From Eledone cirrhosa (Eukaryota): a stretch of 64,000 nucleotides of DNA. The notes under the pieces were generated by a model. It was not told the origin of the DNA, did no database searches, and saw only the letters and a program-made list of their open reading frames with translations. The position numbers and the translations under genes are program-made. Where the stretch lies: the NCBI GenBank assembly GCA_964016885.1, contig OZ024754.1, positions 20,832,001 through 20,896,000 on the forward strand, in the 5' to 3' direction. How positions within the stretch are numbered: position 1 is the first letter of the stretch; the number at the start of each line of letters is the position of its first letter. Positions 44,201-59,310 of this stretch are shown here, one piece after another.

Positions 44201-47200
44201 TGGTATTAACATAGGGACTCCCTCCCATATTACCCTTGGTATTAACATAGACTCCGCCCCCCATATTACCCTTGGTATTAACATAGACTCCCTCACATAT
44301 TACCCTTGGTATTAAAAGACTCCCTCCCATATTACCCTTAGTATTAACATTGACTCCCTCACATATTACCCTTGGTATTAACATAGACTCCCTCCCATAT
44401 TACCCATGGTATTAACATAGGGACTCGCTCCCATATTACCTTGGTATTAACATAGACTCCCTCCCATATTACCCTTGGTATTAACATAGACTCCATCCCA
44501 TATTACCCTTGGTATTAACATAGGGACTCCCTACCATATAACCCTTTGTATTAACATTGACTCTCTCACATATTACACTTGGTATTAACATAGACTCCCT
44601 CCCATATTACCCTTGGTATTAACATAGGGACTCCCTCCCATATTACCCTTGGTATTAACATAGACTCCATCCCATATTACCCTTGGTATTAACATAGACT
44701 CCCTCACATATTACCCTTGGTGTTAACATAGACTCCCTCCCATATTCCCGTTGGAATTAACATAGGGACTCCCTCCCATATTAGCCTTGGTATTAACATA
44801 GACTCCCTCCCATATTACCCCTGGTATTAACATAGGGACTCCCTCCCATATTAGCGTTGGTATTAACATAGACTCCCTCCCATATTACCCTTGGTATTAA
44901 CATAGATTCCCTCCCATATTACCCTTGGTATTAACATAGACTCCCTCCCATGTTAGCCTTGGTATTAACATAGACTCCCTCCCATATTAGCCTTGGTATT
45001 AACATGGACTCCCTCCCATATTAGCCTTGGTATTAACATAGGGACTCCCTCCCATATTACCCTTGGTATTAACATAGAGACTCCCTGCCATATTAGACTT
45101 GGTATTAACATAGACTCCCTCCCATATTACCCTTGGTATTAACATAGGGACTCCCTCCCATATTCGCCTTGGTATTAACATAGACTCGCTCCCATATTAG
45201 CCTTGGTAGTTACATAGACTCCCTCCCATATTACACTTGGTATTATCATATGGACACCCTCCAATATTACCCTCGGTATTAACATAGACTCCCTCCCATA
45301 TTAGCCTTGGTATTAACATAGGGACTCCCTGCCATATTAGACTTGGTATTAACATAGGGACTCCCTGCCATATTAGACTTGGTATTAACATAGACTCCCT
45401 CCCATATTACCCTTGGTAATAACATAGAATCCATCCCATATTACCCTTGGTACTAACATAGACTCCCTCCAATATTACCCTTGGTATTAACATAGGGACT
45501 AGCTCCCATATTACCCTTGGTATTAACATAGAGACCCCCCCCCCATATTACCCTTGGTATTAACTTAGAGACACCGTCCCGTATTACCCTTGGTATTAAC
45601 ATAGGGACTCCCTCCTATATTACCCTTAGTATTAACATAGACTCCCTCCCATATTACCCTTGGTATTAACATAGGGACTCCCCCCCCCATATTACCCTTG
45701 GTATTAACATAGAGACCCCCCCATTTTACCCTTGGTATTAACATAGACTCCCTCCCATATTACCCTTGGTATTAACATAGACTCCATCCCATATTACCCT
45801 TGGTATTAACATAGACTCCCACACATATTACCCTTGGTGTTAACATAGACTCCCTCCCATATTCCCGTTGGTATTAACATAGGGACTCCCTCCCATATTA
45901 GCCTTGGTATTAACATAGGGACTCCATCCCATATTAGCCTTGGTATTAACATAGACTCCCTCCCATATTAGCCTTGGTATTTACATAGACTCCCTCCTAT
46001 ATTACCCTTGGTATTAACATAGACTCCCTCCCATATTACCCTTGGTATTAACATAAACTCCCTCCCATATTACCCTTGGTATTAACATAGGGACTCCCTC
46101 CTATATTACCCTTAGTATTAACATAGACTCCCTCCCATATTACCCTTGGTATTAACATAGACTCCCTCCTATATTAGCCTTGGTATTAACATAGACTCCC
46201 TCCCATATTAGCCTTGGTATTAACATAGACTCCCTCCCATATAACCCTTGGTATTAACATAGACTCACACCCATGTTAGCCTTGGTATTTTCATATGGAC
46301 ACCCTCACATATTACCCTTGGTAATAACATAGACTCCCTCCCATATTACCCTTGGTATTAACATAGACTCCCTCCCATATTAGCCTTGGTATTAACATAG
46401 GGACTCCCTCCCATATTACCCTTGGTATTAACATAGAGACTCCCTGCCATATTAGACTTGGTATTAACATAGACTCCCTCCCATATTACCCTTGGTATGA
46501 ACATAGGACTCCCTCCCTTATTAGCCTTGGTATTAACATAGACTCGCTCCCATATTAGCTTGGTAGTTACATAGACTCCCTCCCATATTACCCCTGGTAT
46601 TAACATAGACTCCCTCCCATCTTAGCCTTGGTATTAACATAGAGTCCCTCCCATATTATCCTTGGTATTAACATAGACTCCCTCCCATATTATCCTTGGT
46701 ATTAACATAGACTCCCTCCCATATTACCCTTGTTATTATCATAGACTCCCTCCAATATTACCCTTGGTATTAACATAGGGACTCCCTACCATATTACCCT
46801 TAGTATTAACATAGGGACACCCTCCCATATTACCCTTGGTATTAACATAGACTCCCGCCCATATTACCCTTGGTATTATCATAGGGACTCCTTCCCATAT
46901 TACCCTTGGTATTAACATAGACTCTCTCCCATATTACCCTTGGTATTAACATAGACACCCTCCCATATTACCCTTGGTATTATCATAGGAACACCCTCCC
47001 ATATTACCCTTGGTATTATCATAGGGACTCCCTCCCATATTTCCCTTGGTATTAACATAGACTCCCTCCCATATTACCCTTGGTATTAACATAGACACCC
47101 TCCCATATTACACTTGGTATTATCATAGGGACACCCTCCCATATTACCCTTGGTATTAACATAGACTCCCTCCCATATTACCCTTGGTATTAACATAGAC

Positions 47201-47539
47201 TCCCTCCCATATTACCCTTGGTATTAACATAGACACCCTCCCATATTACCCTTGGTATTAACATAGGGACTCCCTCCTATATTACCCTTAGTATTAACAT
47301 AGACTCCCTCCCATATTACCCTTGGTATTAACATAGACTCCTCCCATATTAGCCTTGGTTCTAAAATAGAGACTCCTCACCCCCATATTACCCTTGGTAT
47401 TAATATAGACTCCCTCCCATATTACCCTTGGTATTAACATAGAGACGCCCTCCCATATTACCCTTGGTATTAACATAGAGACGCCCTCCCATATTACCCT
47501 TGGTATTAACAGACTCCCTCCCATATTACCCTTGGTATT

Positions 47540-48190
47540 AACATAGACTCCCTCACATATTACCCTTGGTATTAAAAGACTCCCTCCCATATTACCCTTA
47601 GTATTAACATTGACTCCCTCACATATTACCCTTGGTATTAACATAGACTCCCTCCCATATTACCCATGGTATTAACATAGGGACTCCCTCCCATATTACC
47701 CTTGGTATTAACATAGAGACTCCGCCCCCCATATTACCCTTGGTATTAACATAGACTCCCTCCCATATTACCCTTGGTATTAACATAGACTCCCTCACAT
47801 ATTACCCTTGGTATTAAAAGACTCCCTCCCATATTACCCTTAGTATTAACATTGATTCCCTCACATATTACCCTTGGTATTAACATAGACTCCCTCCCAT
47901 ATTACCCATGGTATTAACATAGGGACTCCCTCCCATATTACCCTTGGTATTAACATAGAGACTCCGCCCCCCATATTACCCTTGGTATTAACATAGACTC
48001 CCTCCCATATTACCCTTGGTATTAACATAGACTCCCTCACATATTACCCTTGGTATTAAAAGACTCCCTCCCATATTACCCTTAGTATTAACATTGACTC
48101 CCTCACATATTACCCTTGGTATTAACATAGACTCCCTCCCATATTACCCATGGTATTAACATAGGGACTCCCTCCCATATTACCCTTCGT
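47540..48190. repeat. 242-bp (7-monomer) mini-HOR, ~2.7 tandem copies
   Basis: ATTAAAAGACT occurs at 47571, 47813 and 48055. Monomer lengths 32+34+34+36+38+34+34 sum to 242. Confidence 0.88.
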
Positions 48191-49699
48191 ATAACATAGG
48201 GACTCCCTCCCATATTACCTTGGTATTAACATAGACTCCCTCCCATATTACCCTTGGTATTAACATAGACTCCATCCCATATTACCCTTGGTATTAACAT
48301 AGGGAGTCCCTCCCATATAACCCTTTGTATTAACATTGACTCCCTCACATATTACACTTGGTATTAACATAGACTCCCTCCCATATTACCCTTGGTATTA
48401 ACATAGACTCCCTCCCATATTACCCTTGGTATTAACATAGGGACTCCCTCCCATATTACCCTTGGTATTAACATAGACTCCCTCCCATCTTAGCCTTGGT
48501 ATTAACATAGACTCCCTCCTATATTATGGTTGGTATTAACATAGGCTCCCTCCCATATTACCCTTGGTATTAACATAGACTCCCGCCCATATTACCCTTG
48601 GTATTATCATAGATTCCCTCCCATATTCCCGTTGGTATTAACATAGGGACTCCCTCCCATATTAGCCTTGGTATTAACATAGACCCCCTCCCATATTACC
48701 CTTGGTATTAACATAGGGACTCCCTCCCATATTAGCCTTGGTATTAACATAGACTCCCTCCCATATTACCCTTGGTATTAACATAGATTCCCTCCCATAT
48801 TACCCTTGGTATTAACATAGACTCCCTCCCATGTTACCCTTGGTATTAACATAGACTCCCTCCCATATTAGCCTTGGTATTAACATAGACTCCCTCCCAT
48901 ATTAGCCTTGGTATTAACATAGGGACTCCCTCCCATATTACCCTTGGTATTAACATAGAGACTCCCTGCCACATTAGACTTGGTATTAACATAGACTCCC
49001 TCCCATATTACCCTTGGTATTAACATAGGGACTCCCTCCCATATTCGCCTTGGTATTAACATAGACTCGCTCCCATATTAGCCTTGGTAGTTACATAGAC
49101 TCCCTCCCATATTACCCTTGGTATTAACATAGACTCCCTCCCATCTTAGCCTTGGTATTAACATAGACTCCCTCCCATATTATGGTGGGTATTAACATAG
49201 GCTCCCTCCCATATTACCCTTGGTATTAACATAGACTCCCGCCCATATTACCCTTGGTATTATCATAGGGACTCCCTCCCATATTACCCTTGGTATTAAC
49301 ATAGACACCCTCCCATATTACCCTTGGTATTATCATAGGGACTCCCTCGCATATTTCCCTTGGTATTAACATAGACTCCCTCCCATATTCCCGTTGGTAT
49401 TAACATAGGGACTCCCTCCCATATTAGCCTTGGTATTAACATAGACTCCCTCCCATATTAGCCTTGGTATTTACATAGACTCCCTCCCATATTACCCTTG
49501 GTATTAACATAGGGACTCCCTCCCATATTAGCCTTGGTATTAACATAGACTCCCTCCCATATTACCCTTGGTATTAACATAGATTCCCTCCCATATTACC
49601 CTTGGTATTAACATAGACTCCCTCCCATGTTAGCCTTGGTATTTACATAGACTCCCTCCCATATTAGCCTTGGTATTAACATAGACTCCCTCCCATATT

Positions 49700-50660
49700 A
49701 GCCTTGGTATTAACATAGACTCCCTCCCATATTAGCCTTGGTATAAACATAGACTCCCTCCCATATTACCCTTGGTATTAACATAGACTCCCTCCCATAT
49801 TACCCTTGGTATTAACATAGGGACTCCCTCCCATGTTACCCTTGGTATTAACATAGGGGCTCCCTCCCATATTACCCTTGGTATTAACATAGACTCCCTC
49901 CAATATTACCCTTGGTATTAACATAGACTCCCTCCCATATTAGCCTAGGTATTAACATAGGGACTCCCTCCTATATTACCCTTAGTATTAACATAGACTC
50001 CCTCCCATATTACCCTTGGTATTAACATAGACTCCCTCCCATGTTACCCTTGGTATTAACATAGTCTCCCTCCCATATTCGCCTTGGTATTAACATAGAC
50101 TCCCTCCCATATTACCCTTGGTATTATCATATGGACACCCTCAAATATTACCCTCGGTATTAACATAGACTCCCTCCCATATTAGCCTTGGTATTAACAT
50201 AGACTCCCTCCCATATTAGCCTTGGTATAAACATAGACTCCCTCCCATATTACCCTTGGTATTAACATAGACTCCCTCCCATATTACCCTTGGTATTAAC
50301 ATAGGGACTCCCTCCCATGTTACCCTTGGTATTAACATAGGGGCTCCCTCCCATATTACCCTTGGTATTAACATAGACTCCCTCCAATATTACCCTTGGT
50401 ATTAACATAGACTCCCTCCCATATTAGCCTAGGTATTAACATAGGGACTCCCTCCTATATTACCCTTAGTATTAACATAGACTCCCTCCCATATTACCCT
50501 TGGTATTATCATAGGGACTCCTTCCCATATTACCCTTGGTATTAACATAGACTCCCTCCCATATTACCCTTGGTATTAACATAGACACCCTCCCATATTA
50601 CCCTTGGTATTATCATATGGACACCCTCAAATATTACCCTCGGTATTAACATAGACTCCC
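49700..50660. repeat. 484-bp (14-monomer) local tandem duplication
   Basis: GTATAAAC occurs at 49741/50225 and GCCTAGGT at 49943/50427. TATGGACACCCTCAAAT is present in both copies. Confidence 0.82.
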
Positions 50661-50679
50661 TCCCATATTAGCCTTGGTA

Positions 50680-53600
50680 TTAACATAGGGACTCCCTGCC
50701 ATATTAGACTTGGTATTAACATAGACTCCCTCCCATATTACCCTTGGTACTAACATAGACTCCCTCCCATATCACCCTTGGTATTAACATAGAGACCCCC
50801 CCCCATATTACCCTTGGTATTAACTTAGAGACACCGTCCCGTATTACCCTTGGTATTAACATAGGGACTCCCTCCTATATTACCCTTAGTATTAACATAG
50901 ACTCCCTCCCATATTACCCTTGGTATTAACATAGGGACTCCCTCCCATATTACCCTTGGTATTAACATAGAGACCCCCCCATTTTACCCTTGGTATTAAC
51001 ATAGACTCCCTCCCATATTACCCTTGGTATTAACATAGACTCCATCCCATATTACCCTTGGTATTAACATAGACTCTCACACATATTACCCTTGGTGTTA
51101 ACATAGACTCCCTCCCATATTCCCGTTAGTATTAACATAGGGACTCCCTCCCATATTAGCCTTGGTATTAACATAGGGACTCCCTCCCATATTAGCCTTG
51201 GTATTAACATAGACTCCCTCCCATATTAGCCTTGGTATTTACATAGACTCCCTCCCATATTACCCTTGGTATTAACATAGACTCCCTCCCAAATTAGCCT
51301 TGGTATTAACATAGACTCCCTCCCATATTAGTCTTGGTATTAACATAGACTCCCTCCCATATAACCCTTGGTATTAACATAGACTCAGACCCATGTTAGC
51401 CTTGGTATTAACATAGACTCCCTCCCATATTAGCCTTGGTATTAACATAGACTCCCTCCCATATTAGCCTTGGTATTAACATAGACTCCCTCCCATATTA
51501 CCCTTGGTATTATCATAGGGACTCCCTCCCATATTACCCTTGGTATTAATATAGAGACCCCCCCCCCATATTACCCTTGGTATTAACATAGACACCCTCC
51601 CATGTTACCCTTGGTATTATCATATAGACACCCTCCCATATTACCCTTGGTATTAACATAGACTCCCTCCCATATTACCCTTAGTATTAACATAGACTCC
51701 CTCCCATATTAGCCTTGGTATTAACGTAAGGACTCCCTCCCATATTACCCTTGGTATTAACATAGAGACTCCCTGCCATATTAGACTTGGTATTAACATA
51801 GACTCCCTCCCATATTACCCTTGGTATGAACATAGGGACTCCCTCCCATATTAGCCTTGGTATTAACATAGACTCGCTCCCATATTAGCCTTGGTAGTTA
51901 CATAGACTCCCTCCCATATTACCCCTGGTATTAACATAGACTCCCTCCCATCTTAGCCTTGGTATTAACATAGAGTCCCTCCCATATTATCCTTGGTATT
52001 AACATAGACTCCCTCCCATATTATCCTTGGTATTAACATAGACTCCCTCCCATATTACCCTTGTTATTATCATAGACTCCCTCCCATATTACCCTTGGTA
52101 TTAACATAGGGACTCCCTCCCATATTACCCTTGGTATTAACATAGGGACTCCCTCCCATATTACCCTTGGTATCAACATAGACTCCCGCCCATATTACCC
52201 TTGGTATTATCATAGGGACTCCTTCCCATATTACCCTTGGTATTAACATAGACTCTCTCCCATATTACCCTTGGTATTAACATAGACACCCTCCCACATT
52301 ACCCTTGGTATTATCATAGGAACACCCTCCCATATTACCTTTGGTATTATCATAGGGACTCCCTCCCATATTTCCCTTGGTATTAACATAGACTCCCTCC
52401 CATATTACCCTTGGTATTAACATAGACACCCTCCCATATTAGCCTTGGTATTAACATAGGGACTCCCTCCTATATTACCCTTAGTATTAACATAGACTCC
52501 CTCCCATATTACCCTTGGTATTAACATAGACTCCTCCCATATTACACTTGGGATTAACATAGACTCACTCCCATATTAGCCTTGGTATTAACATAGAGAC
52601 TCCCTCCCATATTAACCTTGGTATTAACATAGACTCCCTCCCATATTACCCTTGGTATTAACATAGAGACGCCCTCCCATATTACCCTTGGTATTAACAT
52701 AGAGACGCCCTCCCATATTACCCTTGGTATTAACATAGACTCCCTCACATATTACCCTTGGTATTAACAGACTCCCTCCCATATTACCCTTGGTATTAAC
52801 ATAGACTCCCTCACATATTACCCTTGGTATTAAAAGACTCCCTCCCATATTACCCTTAGTATTAACATTGACTCCCTCACATATTACCCTTGGTATTAAC
52901 ATAGACTCCCTCCCATATTACGCATGGTATTAACATAGGGACTCCCTCCCATATTACCCTTAGTATTAACATAGACTCCCTCCCATATTACCCTTGGTAT
53001 TAACATAGGGGCTCCCTCCCATATTACCCTTGGTATTAACATAGACTCCCTCCCATATTACCCTTGGTATTAACATAGACTCCCTCCCATATTAGCCTTG
53101 GTATTAACATAGGGACTCCCTCCTATATTACCCTTAGTATTAACATAGACTCCCTCCCATATTACCCTTGGTATTAACATAGACTCCCTCCCATGTTACC
53201 CTTGGTATTAACATAGACTCCCTCCCATATTCGCCTTGGTATTAACATAGACTCCCTCCCATATTACCCTTGGTATTATCATAGGGACTCCCTCCCATAT
53301 TACCCTTGGTATTAACATAGACTCCCTCCCATATTACCCTTGGTATTAACATAGACACCCTCCCATATTACCCTTGGTATTATCATATGGACACCCTCAA
53401 ATATTTCCCTCGGTATTAACATAGACTCCCTCCCATATTAGCCTTGGTATTAACATAGGGACTCCCTGCCATATTAGACTTGGTATTAACATAGACTCCC
53501 TCCCATATTACCATTGGTACTAACATAGACTCCCTCCAATATTACCCTTGGTATTAACATAGGGACTAGCTCCCATATCACCCTTGGTATTAACATAGAG

Positions 53601-56600
53601 ATCCCCCCATATTACCCTTGGTATTAACTTAGAGACACCGTCCCGTATTACCCTTGGTATTAACATAGGGACTCCCTCCTATATTACCCTTAGTATTAAC
53701 ATAGACTCCCTCCCATATTACCCTTGGTATTAACATAGGGACTCCCTCCCATATTACCCTTGGTATTAACATAGAGACCCCCCCCATTTTACCCGTGGTA
53801 TTAACATAGACTCCCTCCCATATTACCCTTGGTATTAACATAGACTCCATCCCATATTACCCTTGGTATTAACATAGACTCCCACACATATTACCCTTGG
53901 TGTTAACATAGACTCCCTCCCATATTCCCGTTGGTATTAACATAGGGACTCCCTCCCATATTAGCCTTGGTATTAACATAGGGACTCCCTCCCATATTAG
54001 CCTTGGTATTAACATAGACTCCCTCCCATATTAGCCTTGGTATTTACATAGACTCCCTCCCATATTACCCTTGGTATTAACATAGACTACCTCCCAAATT
54101 AGCCTTGGTATTAACATAGACTCCCTCCCATATTAGCCTTGGTATTAACATAGACTCCCTCCCATATAACCCTTGGTATTAACATAGACTCACACCCATG
54201 TTAGCCTTGGTATTAACATAGACTCCCTCCCATATTAGCCTTGGTATTAACATAGACTCCCTCCCATATTAGCCTTGGTATTAACATAGACTCCCTCCCA
54301 TATTACCCTTGGTATTATCATAGGGACTCCCTCCCATATTACCCTTGGTATTAATATAGAGACTCCCCCCCCCCCCCATATTACCCTTGGTATTAACATA
54401 GACACCCTCCCATGTTACCCTTGGTATTATCATATGGACACCCTCCCATATTACCCTTGGTATTAACATAGACTCCCTCCCATATTACCCTTGGTATTAA
54501 CATAGACTCCCTCCCATATTAGCCTTGGTATTAACATAGGGACTCCCTCCCATATTACCCTTGGTATTAACATAGAGACTCCCTGCCATATTAGACTTGG
54601 TATTAACATAGACTCCCTCCCATATTACCCTTGGTATGAACATAGGGACTCCCTCCCATATTAGCCTTGGTATTAACATAGACTAGCTCCCATATTAGCC
54701 TTGGTAGTTACATAGTCTCCCTCCCATATTACCCCTGGTATTAACATAGACTCCCTCCCATCTTAGCCTTGGTATTAACATAGAGTCCCTCCCATATTAT
54801 CCTTGGTATTAACATAGACTCCCTCCCATATTATCCTTGGTATTAACATAGACTCCCTCCCATATTACCCTTGTTATTATCATAGACTCCCTCCCATATT
54901 ACCCTTGGTATTAACATAGGGACTCCCTCCCATATTACCCTTGGTATTAACATAGGGACTCCCTCCCATATTACCCTTGGTATCAACATAGACTCCCGCC
55001 CATATTACCCTTGGTATTATCATAGGGACTCCTTCCCATATTACCCTTGGTATTAACATAGGGACTCCTTCCCATATTACCCTTGGTATTAACATAGACT
55101 CTCTCCCATATTACCCTTGGTATTAACATAGACACCCTCCCATATTACCCTTGGTATTATCATAGGAACACCCTCCCATATTACCCTTGGTATTATCATA
55201 GGGACTCCCTCCCATATTTCCCTTGGTATTAACATAGACTCCCTCCCATATTACCATTGGTATTAACATAGACACCCTCCCATATTAGCCTTGGTATTAA
55301 CATAGGGACTCCCTCCTATATTACCCTTAGTATTAACATAGACTCCCTCCCATATTACCCTTGGTATTAACATAGACTCCTCCCATATTACACTTGGTAT
55401 TAACATAGACTCACTCCCATATTAGCCTTGGTATTAACATAGAGACTCCCTCCCATATTAACCTTGGTATTAATATAGACTCCCTCCCATATTACCCTTG
55501 GTATTAACATAGAGACGCCCTCCCATATTACCCTTGGTATTAACATAGAGACGCCCTCCCATATTACCCTTGGTATTAACATAGACTCCCTCACATATTA
55601 CCCTTGGTATTAACAGACTCCCTCCCATATTACCCTTGGTATTAACATAGACTCCCTCACATATTACCCTTGGTATTGAAAGACTCCCTCCCATTTTACC
55701 CTTAGTATTAACATTGACTCCCTCACATATTACCCTTGGTATTAACATAGACTCCCTCCCATATTACGCATGGTATTAACATAGGGACTCCCTCCCATAT
55801 TACCCTTGGTATTAACATAGAGACTCCGCCCCCCCATATAACCCTTGGTATTAACATAGACTCCCTCCCATATTACCCTTGGTATTAACATAGACTCCCT
55901 CACATATTACCCTTGGTATTAAAAGACTCCCTCCACTATTACCCTTAGTATTAACATTGACTCCCTCACATATTACCCTTGGTACTAACATAGACAGCCT
56001 CCCATATTACCCTTGGTATTAACATAGACTCCCTCCCATATTAGCCTTGGTATGAACATAGAGACTCCCTCCCATATTACCCTTGGTATTAACATAGACT
56101 CCCTCCCATATTACCCTTGGTATTAACATAGACAGTCTCCCATATTACCCTTGGTATTAACATAGACTCCCTCCCATATTAGCCTTGGTATGAACATAGA
56201 GACTCCGTCCCGTATTACCCTTGGTATTAACGTAGACTCACTCCCATATTACCCTTGGTATTAACATAGACTCCCTCCCATATTAGACTTGATATTAACA
56301 TAGGGACTCCCTCTCATATTACCCTTGGTATTAACATAGACTCCCTCACATATTAACCTTGGTGTTAACATAGACTCCATCCCATATTAGCCATGGTAGT
56401 TACATAGACTCCGTCCCATATTACCCTTGTTATTATCATAGACTCGCTCCCATATTACCCTTGGTATTAATATAGGGACTCCCTCCCATATTACCCTTGG
56501 TATTAACATAGGGACTCCCTCCTATATTACCCTTAGTATTAACATAGACTCCCTCCCATATTACCCTTGGTATTAACATAGGGACTCCCTCCCATATTAC

Positions 56601-59310
56601 CCTTGGTATTAACATAGAGACCCCCCCCATTTTACCCTTGGTATTAACATAGACTCCCTCCCATATTACCCTTGGTATTAACATAGACTCCATCCCATAT
56701 TACCCTTGGTATTAACATAGACTCCCACACATATTACCCTTGGTGTTAACATAGACTCCCTCCCATATTCCCGTTGGTATTAACATAGGGACTCCCTCCC
56801 ATATTAGCCTTGGTATTAACATAGGGACTCCCTCCCATATTAGCCTTGGTATTAACATAGACTCCCTCCCATATTAGCCTTGGTATTTACATAGACTCCC
56901 TCCCATATTACCCTTGGTATTAACATAGACTACCTCCCAAATTAGCCTTGGTATTAACATAGACTCCCTCCCATATTAGCCTTGGTATTAACATAGACTC
57001 CCTCCCATATAACCCTTGGTATTAACATAGACTCACACCCATGTTAGCCTTGGTATTAACATAGACTCCCTCCCATATTAGCCTTGGTATTAACATAGAC
57101 TCCCTCCCATATTACCCTTGGTATTATCATAGGGACTCCCTCCCATATTACCCTTGGTATTAATATAGAGACTCCCCCCCCCCATATTACCCTTGGTATT
57201 AACATAGACACCCTCCCATGTTACCCTTGGTATTATCATATGGACACCCTCCCATATTACCCTTGGTATTAACATAGACTCCCTCCCATATTACCCTTGG
57301 TATTAACATAGACTCCCTCCCATATTAGCCTTGGTATTAACATAGGGACTCCCTCCCATATTACCCTTGGTATTAACATAGAGACTCCCTGCCATATTAG
57401 ACTTGGTATTAACATAGACTCCCTCCCATATTACCCTTGGTATGAACATAGGGACTCCCTCCCATATTAGCCTTGGTATTAACATAGACTAGCTCCCATA
57501 TTAGCCTTGGTAGTTACATAGTCTCCCTCCCATATTACCCCTGGTATTAACATAGACTCCCTCGCATCTTAGCCTTGGTATTAACATAGAGTCCCTCCCA
57601 TATTATCCTTGGTATTAACATAGACTCCCTCCCATATTATCCTTGGTATTAACATAGACTCCCTCCCATATTACCCTTGTTATTATCATAGACTCCCTCC
57701 CATATTACCCTTGGTATTAACATAGGGACTCCCTCCCATATTACCCTTGGTATTAACATAGGGACTCCCTCCCATATTACCCTTGGTATCAACATAGACT
57801 CCCGCCCATATTACCCTTGGTATTATCATAGGGACTCCTTCCCATATTACCCTTGGTATTAACATAGGGACTCCTTCCCATATTACCCTTGGTATTAACA
57901 TAGACTCTCTCCCATATTACCCTTGGTATTAACATAGACACCCTCCCATATTACCCTTGGTATTATCATAGGAACACCCTCCCATATTACCCTTGGTATT
58001 ATCATAGGGACTCCCTCCCATATTTCCCTTGGTATTAACATAGACTCCCTCCCATATTACCATTGGTATTAACATAGACACCCTCCCATATTAGCCTTGG
58101 TATTAACATAGGGACTCCCTCCTATATTACCCTTAGTATTAACATAGACTCCCTCCCATATTACCCTTGGTATTAACATAGACTCCTCCCATATTACACT
58201 TGGTATTAACATAGACTCACTCCCATATTAGCCTTGGTATTAACATAGAGACTCCCTCCCATATTAACCTTGGTATTAATATAGACTCCCTCCCATATTA
58301 CCCTTGGTATTAACATAGAGACGCCCTCCCATATTACCCTTGGTATTAACATAGAGACGCCCTCCCATATTACCCTTGGTATTAACATAGACTCCCTCAC
58401 ATATTACCCTTGGTATTAACAGACTCCCTCCCATATTACCCTTGGTATTAACATAGACTCCCTCACATATTACCCTTGGTATTGAAAGACTCCCTCCCAT
58501 TTTACCCTTAGTATTAACATTGACTCCCTCACATATTACCCTTGGTATTAACATAGACTCCCTCCCATATTACGCATGGTATTAACATAGGGACTCCCTC
58601 CCATATTACCCTTGGTATTAACATAGAGACTCCGCCCCCCCATATAACCCTTGGTATTAACATAGACTCCCTCCCATATTACCCTTGGTATTAACATAGA
58701 CTCCCTCACATATTACCCTTGGTATTAAAAGACTCCCTCCCATATTACCCTTAGTATTAACATTGACTCCCTCACATATTACCCTTGGTACTAACATAGA
58801 CAGCCTCCCATATTACCCTTGGTATTAACATAGACTCCCTCCCATATTAGCCTTGGTATGAACATAGAGACTCCCTCCCATATTACCCTTGGTATTAACA
58901 TAGACTCCCTCCCATATTACCCTTGGTATTAACATAGACAGCCTCCCATATTACCCTTGGTATTAACATAGACTCCCTCCCATATTAGCCTTGGTATGAA
59001 CATAGAGACTCCGTCCCGTATTACCCTTGGTATTAACGTAGACTCACTCCCATATTACCCTTGGTATTAACATAGACTCCCTCCCATATTAGACTTGATA
59101 TTAACATAGGGACTCCCTCTCATATTACCCTTGGTATTAACATAGACTCCCTCACATATTAACCTTGGTGTTAACATAGACTCCATCCCATATTAGCCAT
59201 GGTAGTTACATAGACTCCGTCCCATATTACCCTTGTTATTATCATAGACTCGCTCCCATATTACCCTTGGTATTAATATAGGGACTCCCTCCCATATTAC
59301 CCTTGGTATT
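50680..59310. repeat. HOR domain E: ~2,806-2,846 bp unit, one partly rearranged copy plus two near-identical copies
   Basis: ORF pairs 54497/57303, 54880/57686, 55400/58206 and 55470/58276 are all offset by 2806, and 51687/54497 by 2810. GGTAGTTAC occurs at 51893/54703/57509. Confidence 0.93.
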
